Below are positions 59,331 through 64,000 of a DNA stretch of 64,000 nt, one piece after another. The notes beneath the pieces are model-generated. The model saw only the letters and a list, made by a program, of their open reading frames with translations. It searched no databases and was not told the DNA's origin. Both the position numbers and the translations under genes were made by a program. The DNA lies in assembly GCA_004431415.1 (NCBI GenBank), contig QPMI01000416.1, positions 372,001-436,000 on the forward strand, written 5' to 3'. This stretch comes from Cyanophora paradoxa CCMP329 (lineage: Eukaryota > Plantae > Glaucophyta). The number at the start of each line of letters is the position of its first letter. Positions within the stretch are counted from its first letter, which is position 1.

Positions 59331-59834
59331 CGAGGGGCCGCCGGGCCGCCGTACTGCGGTATCGCGCCGCGGCGAATTCGAAGGCTCAATACTAAGTTAT
59401 AACTTATTATAATTACGCATGCGGAGACCCGTAAAAAAACTCTGCTATCACGGAACGGCCGATCCAAAAATCTTCGATAGCCAGTCAGGGTTCCACACTC
59501 GCAGTCCAGGCTGTCCATGCCACTCCATGGCACTCCATGCCAGCATGCGCAGCCGGCGCCGGCGCCAGCTAGCTACTAGTAGCTATATAGCTAGATGCAG
59601 ATCATGCAGTGCACGTGCGCTTCGAATTCTGGCCGCAGGATCTATATATAGCTGGATGGGCTGGGTCCGCCGCGGTGGAAGATCTAGAGAGGGCGAGCTA
59701 GCGCTAAAGCCCCCGGCCCGCGCTGCTCGAGCTGGTTTGTAGAGCGGCTGCGAAAGGATCGTGGCCCGGCCACCCTCACCCGCGCCGCACCCTCCCCCGG
59801 GGGGTTAAAGCTCTTAAGCTTTTAAAAGCTTTTA

Positions 59835-60205
59835 ACCCTTATCTCGGCCCGGCCCCCCTCACCCCGGGGCCTCCCTAGGCTTTGCTCCCGATGAGGGATA
59901 TATAGGCCCGGCTCTAGAGCTTTAGAACCTTTGAACCCTAAGATTTTAAAAAGCTTTAAACCCTTTAAACCCTTATCTCGCTTTAAACTAAGCTTTAAAC
60001 CCTTATCTCGGCCCGGCGCCCCTCACCCCGGGGCCTCCCTAGGCTTTGCTCCCGATGAGGGATAGGCCCGGCTTTAGAGCTTTAGAACCTTTGAACCCTA
60101 AGATTTTAAAAAGCTTTAAACCCTTTAAACCCTTATCTCGCTTTAAACTAAGCTTTAAACCCTTATCTCGGCCCGGCGCCCCTCACCCCGGGGCCTCCCT
60201 CGGCT
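59835..60205 (+). repeat. ~160-bp tandem repeat (2.3 copies) with telomere-like aaccct words
   Basis: ccttatctcggcccggc at 59837, 60001 and 60161. Confidence 0.85.
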
Positions 60206-60519
60206 TTAATGTGGTCCCGATGAGGGCCCGCGACAGGGCCCCCGCTGCGCGGGGCCGGGCACCGGCTTAGGCCGCCCCGCCCTGCGAGCCGGAGGCCAAC
60301 GGCTCGAGCTCGATCGCCCCGCCGGGTCGCCCCACAAGCCGGAGGCCACCGATTGGGGGCCGATTTGGGGCCCAGCTGCAGCCGCTGCAGCGCTGCGGCA
60401 CTCACTATCCCGGGCACACGGTCGCGGCAAAGTCCCCGGGCCCCTGATCATGAATTCGTACATGCACAGAAAAGGGGGAAGATCTATTTAATCTCACTGA
60501 ATCCGTGAGTCACGTGGAG

Positions 60520-61566
60520 TCAGGAGGGCGTGGGAGGGGGGGGGGGGGGGCGGGCTTTGGGTGATCGGAGGAGGGCGGGGGTAGGGGCCCGTTCCGCCCG
60601 AGAGGGGAGCGGTCGGAGAAGGAGGCGGGGACGAAGGAGGGTGCAGGAGGGGGAAGTGGAGGGGTACGGGCACGAAGATAGAGATAGGAGTAGGGTAATA
60701 GCGTGGAGGGGGAGGGGAAGCCTCGGAAGGGAGAGAGGGAGGCCTAGGGGTGCGGGAAGTGACTGAAGATTAAACAAAAGGGGTACGGGAAAGGGAAGAT
60801 TAAAATTATTCGAAAGAACGAAGAATGAAAGAACGAATGAAATTATTCGAAAGAACGAAGAATAAAAGAACGAAAGAAGGCGAGGGATGCCGCAGGGCTG
60901 GGGGCGGGTGCGGCGAGAGGGTGGGGTAAGCGGGCGCAGGAGGGCCAGACAAGCTGGGCCGCCCGGGTGGGGTGGGGGGGGGTGTGTGGGGGGGAGGGGT
61001 GCGGAGGGGGGGGGGGGAGGGGGGGGGGGGCGCCGCTGAGGGGGAGACGCGACCAGGGCCCTCGAACGAGGGCGCGGGGGCCTAGGCTCGAGCTCAGGGG
61101 GGGGGGGGGGGGCAGGGGGCAGGGGGGGGGGGGAGGGGAGGGGGCGGGAGGCATCCCCGAGAGGGGGCCGGGAGGGAGGGGCGGGGGGCAGGGGCCGGGA
61201 CGGGGGGAGGAAGGAGGCCCCTCAGCCCGCGCCTGCTGGGGCCGAATGGCGGGATGGGCGGGCGGGGCGGGCTGGGCGGGACGGGCGGGAGAGGGGAAAG
61301 GGCGGTGGTGGCGGCGGCGTGGCCTCAACGGAGGCCTCGGGGCGGGGCGGGGCTGGGGGTACGCGCCTGGACGGTGCGGTGGCGGGGGGAAGGGTACGTG
61401 GCAGACGCGTACGGGCCCGTCCTCCTCCCCCAACCCCGCTCGCTCCTAGCCCCTCACGCGATCCGACGGGCTCCAGCGCGGGCGATCCGACGGAGGCCGA
61501 CGCGCCTCGTCCGAGAGCCACCGAGCCTGAGGCCCGGGGGGGCCGGGGGGTGTGGGGGGGGGGGGG

Positions 61567-61599
<33 letters not shown>

Positions 61600-62830
61600 G
61601 GGGGGGCATGGGGGGCAGGACGCAGAACGGAGCGGGCCAAGGGGCCGGGTGGGCGTGAGGGCTCCGGTCCGCCGCCGGTGCCGGCCCCCCGCCCCGCCCT
61701 GCATCCGCCGCCCTGCAGCCGTCCCGCCCCGCCCCACCACTCCGCCCCCGTTCGCGAGCCGCGTCGCCTCCCCTCCGGCGCCGCCCGCGCATACAGCGCC
61801 GGCTCCGAGGGGGGGAGGGGGGGAGGGGGGGGGAGGGGAGGGAGGGGTAAGAGAGGGGGGGATGCAGCGCCGGCTTCGGGAACGACGGCGCGGCCCGCGG
61901 GCCGGTCAGGGCCGCAGAGAGCGGCGGCGCTCGGCGGCGGACCGGAGGGAAGGGGGGGAGGGGGAGGGGAGGGGAGGCGGGCGACCCGGCGGGATCCAGC
62001 CGCTAAGCAGCCAGGGCAGCCCGCCCCGCCCCGGCCCGGGAAGAAGCAGCTCACCCCCGCCGCTCGGGGATGGGTGGGGGTGGGTTGGGGGGGGGGGGGG
62101 GGGAAGGGGGGCGGGGGGGGAAGCCGGCGACGCTCGCCGCCTCGAGGGCGGCGGGCGGCCCCGCGGCGGGCCCGGCGCCTCCGGCTCCTGCGGAGGGTCG
62201 GCCGTGAGGTGAGCAAGGAGGCGAGCAGGGGTACACGTACCGGCCGGCGGGGAGCTCGCCGGTGCGGCCAGCCCCGTCCCACGCGACGTGAGTCGACGCC
62301 CCTCCCTTCAGTGGCAGAGAGAAGTGAGAAGTGGCAGAGAAAAAGCAAGGAGGAAACGAAAGGGGGTACCTTCGGCTAAGCGCGCACCCGCCACACTTCC
62401 GGTCGACCGGGGGTACCTGTACCCCCGGTCGAGCGGGGCCGGTGGTCGATGTACCCCTCGCCTCCCTCCGCCCGCCGCCACGCCGTACCCGTCCCCGCCT
62501 CCGCCTCCCGCCGCGCCGCAGCGGGGAAAGCTGCCGGCGCCGCCCCTCCTGAGCTAGAAATCAGATTTCGAGGGCGTCGACGCGAAGGAGGGGAAGGGGG
62601 GGGGATGCGCGGGGGGGAGGGCAGGGAAGGGGGGTACGGTGCGCTTCGGCTAGCTATAGAGCGCGTGGTCGAACCTCGGGAAGCACCCGCGCGGCGCCCA
62701 GCCGCGGCCGCTGAGCGGGGCGGCAGCTGCAGAGGCGCCATGTACCCCTCCCAGCGCGATGGACCTGGGGGGGCGGTGAGGCGCGGATCCGGGGCCTGAA
62801 GAGAGGGGGGGGGGGGGGGGGGGGCCGCCT
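60520..62830 (+). other. Strongly G-skewed low-complexity tract with G-quadruplex potential
   Basis: Many G-runs of 6 to over 14 nt, a (GA)n tract, and a hairpin cgaccggggg tac...gta cccccggtcg at about 62404-62431. Confidence 0.6.
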
Positions 62831-64000
62831 CGCCTCAGGCGACTCACCTGAGCGGCTCGGGCCGGCCGCGCGGCCGCCGGCCTCGTCTGAGCAGATGTGA
62901 GCAGTCCTGGCCGAGCTTGCGGGCCACGCCGCCGCGTTGAGCTTAGAGACGCGACCCGTCCTACTAGCAAACGCGCCGCGGCGCCGGCGCCGCGCCGCCG
63001 CGGCGGGAAGTGGCCGCCGGCTGGTCAGCTCGTCAGAGATCGCGCGGGCGCCGGGCGGGGGTGTGAGAGGCGGGGTCGGAGGCCGGCACACCTGCTCGCC
63101 CGCCTCGGCGGCGCGTGCGGGGGCGCTGTCTGATCCGCCGCGTTTGAGCGGAAGCTCAAGCCCCGCCGCGCCGGCGCCTCCGCTGCGGGGCGTTGACGTC
63201 AGCGGTCGCGCGGGCGGGCGGGGGCGTGCGGGGCGGGGCCGGGGGGCAGCAGACCTGTTCGCCCGCCACGTCGGATCGGAAGCTCCGCCGCGCCGCCGCG
63301 CAGATTTGGCGGCGGCGCGTGCGGCCGTGGATCGGCGCGCGACTTGACTCGGCGGCGCGTAAGGGTAGCGGCGCTGTCTTATCCGCCGCGTCGGAACGAG
63401 CGCGCCTCCACACCGGCACCGCCGCTGCGGGACTTCGACGTCAGCGGTCGCGGGGGGGAGTCAGACGGCGCTAGCGCGGCCCAGGCGCCCATGGGAGGCG
63501 GAGGCGCGCGGCCCAGGCGCCGAGGCGGCACATCGGACGCGCCGCGGGCTTCTGACCGCCGCTTTGAGCTCACGTCTGCTGACCTGCTTTGAAGGCCTCG
63601 TCGATAAGTTCACCATCATCGCCATGGCCAAGTTGCAATTGAGGCGAGATGGCAGGCGGCGCGGCTGCTTCGCAGAAGCTGCCGCGGCTCACGCCGCTGC
63701 CGGACGAGAGACGCAGACGACTCGGCGAGACTCGGGAGTCGGGACTCGGTCACTCGGGAGTCGGGACTGCAGCCGGGAGTCGGACTCGGAACTCTCGGTG
63801 ACTCGGAACTCGGGAGCCGCGGCCAAATCCCATGAACAGTCGGAAAGTGCATGACGTCAGCTGTAGTGGGGCATTGTGGGAGGCACTGGCCGCACTGCCT
63901 GCAGCTGCTTCGCGGGGGCTACGCGTTTCCGTGGCGGGCTACACGATCAAAGTCGCTCCCGCGAAATTTGACCGCACGACAGTTAGCGGCAGTTAGCGGC

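Noticed and set aside
59835-60205. True telomere or telomere-addition site
   Set aside because: Only scattered aaccct words inside a longer repeat; no tandem telomeric array.
60530-62800. Gly/Pro/Arg-rich ORFs
   Set aside because: Artefacts of G-skewed low-complexity sequence.
62847-63626. Minus-strand spliced gene starting MAMMVNLSTRPSKQ
   Set aside because: Plausible splice sites, but no recognisable domain or consistent frame.

Overview
GC-rich, intron-dense eukaryotic DNA, probably from an alga or protist; the species cannot be determined from the sequence. Most ORF-track entries are shadow ORFs, and the real genes are spliced. Left to right: (1) an ADP1-type EGF-like plus ABCG half-transporter on the minus strand, running off the left edge, head-to-head with (2) a signal-peptide, type-I membrane protein gene; (3) a multi-C2-domain gene with an MDH1B-N-like module (minus); (4) a young 12.2-kb Ty3/Gypsy LTR retrotransposon with identical 107-bp TA...TA LTRs, a CATG target duplication, four ubiquitin-like LRLRGG repeats at the end of Gag, and a -1 frameshift signal between protease and RT; (5) a myristoylation-motif ApbE flavin transferase fused to flavin-reductase domains, plus a truncated paralog carrying a retroposon; (6) two copies of a small coiled-coil/TM gene, an alternating inverted-motif array and other repeats. 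The most striking signal appears only when duplicated segments are compared: a dozen independent 6-nt insertions (10 perfect, 2 with one mismatch) convert a trinucleotide X into X-revcomp(X)-X, and the intergenic regions are dense with such 9-mers. Gene models were spliced by eye, and homopolymer indels suggest some long-read assembly error.
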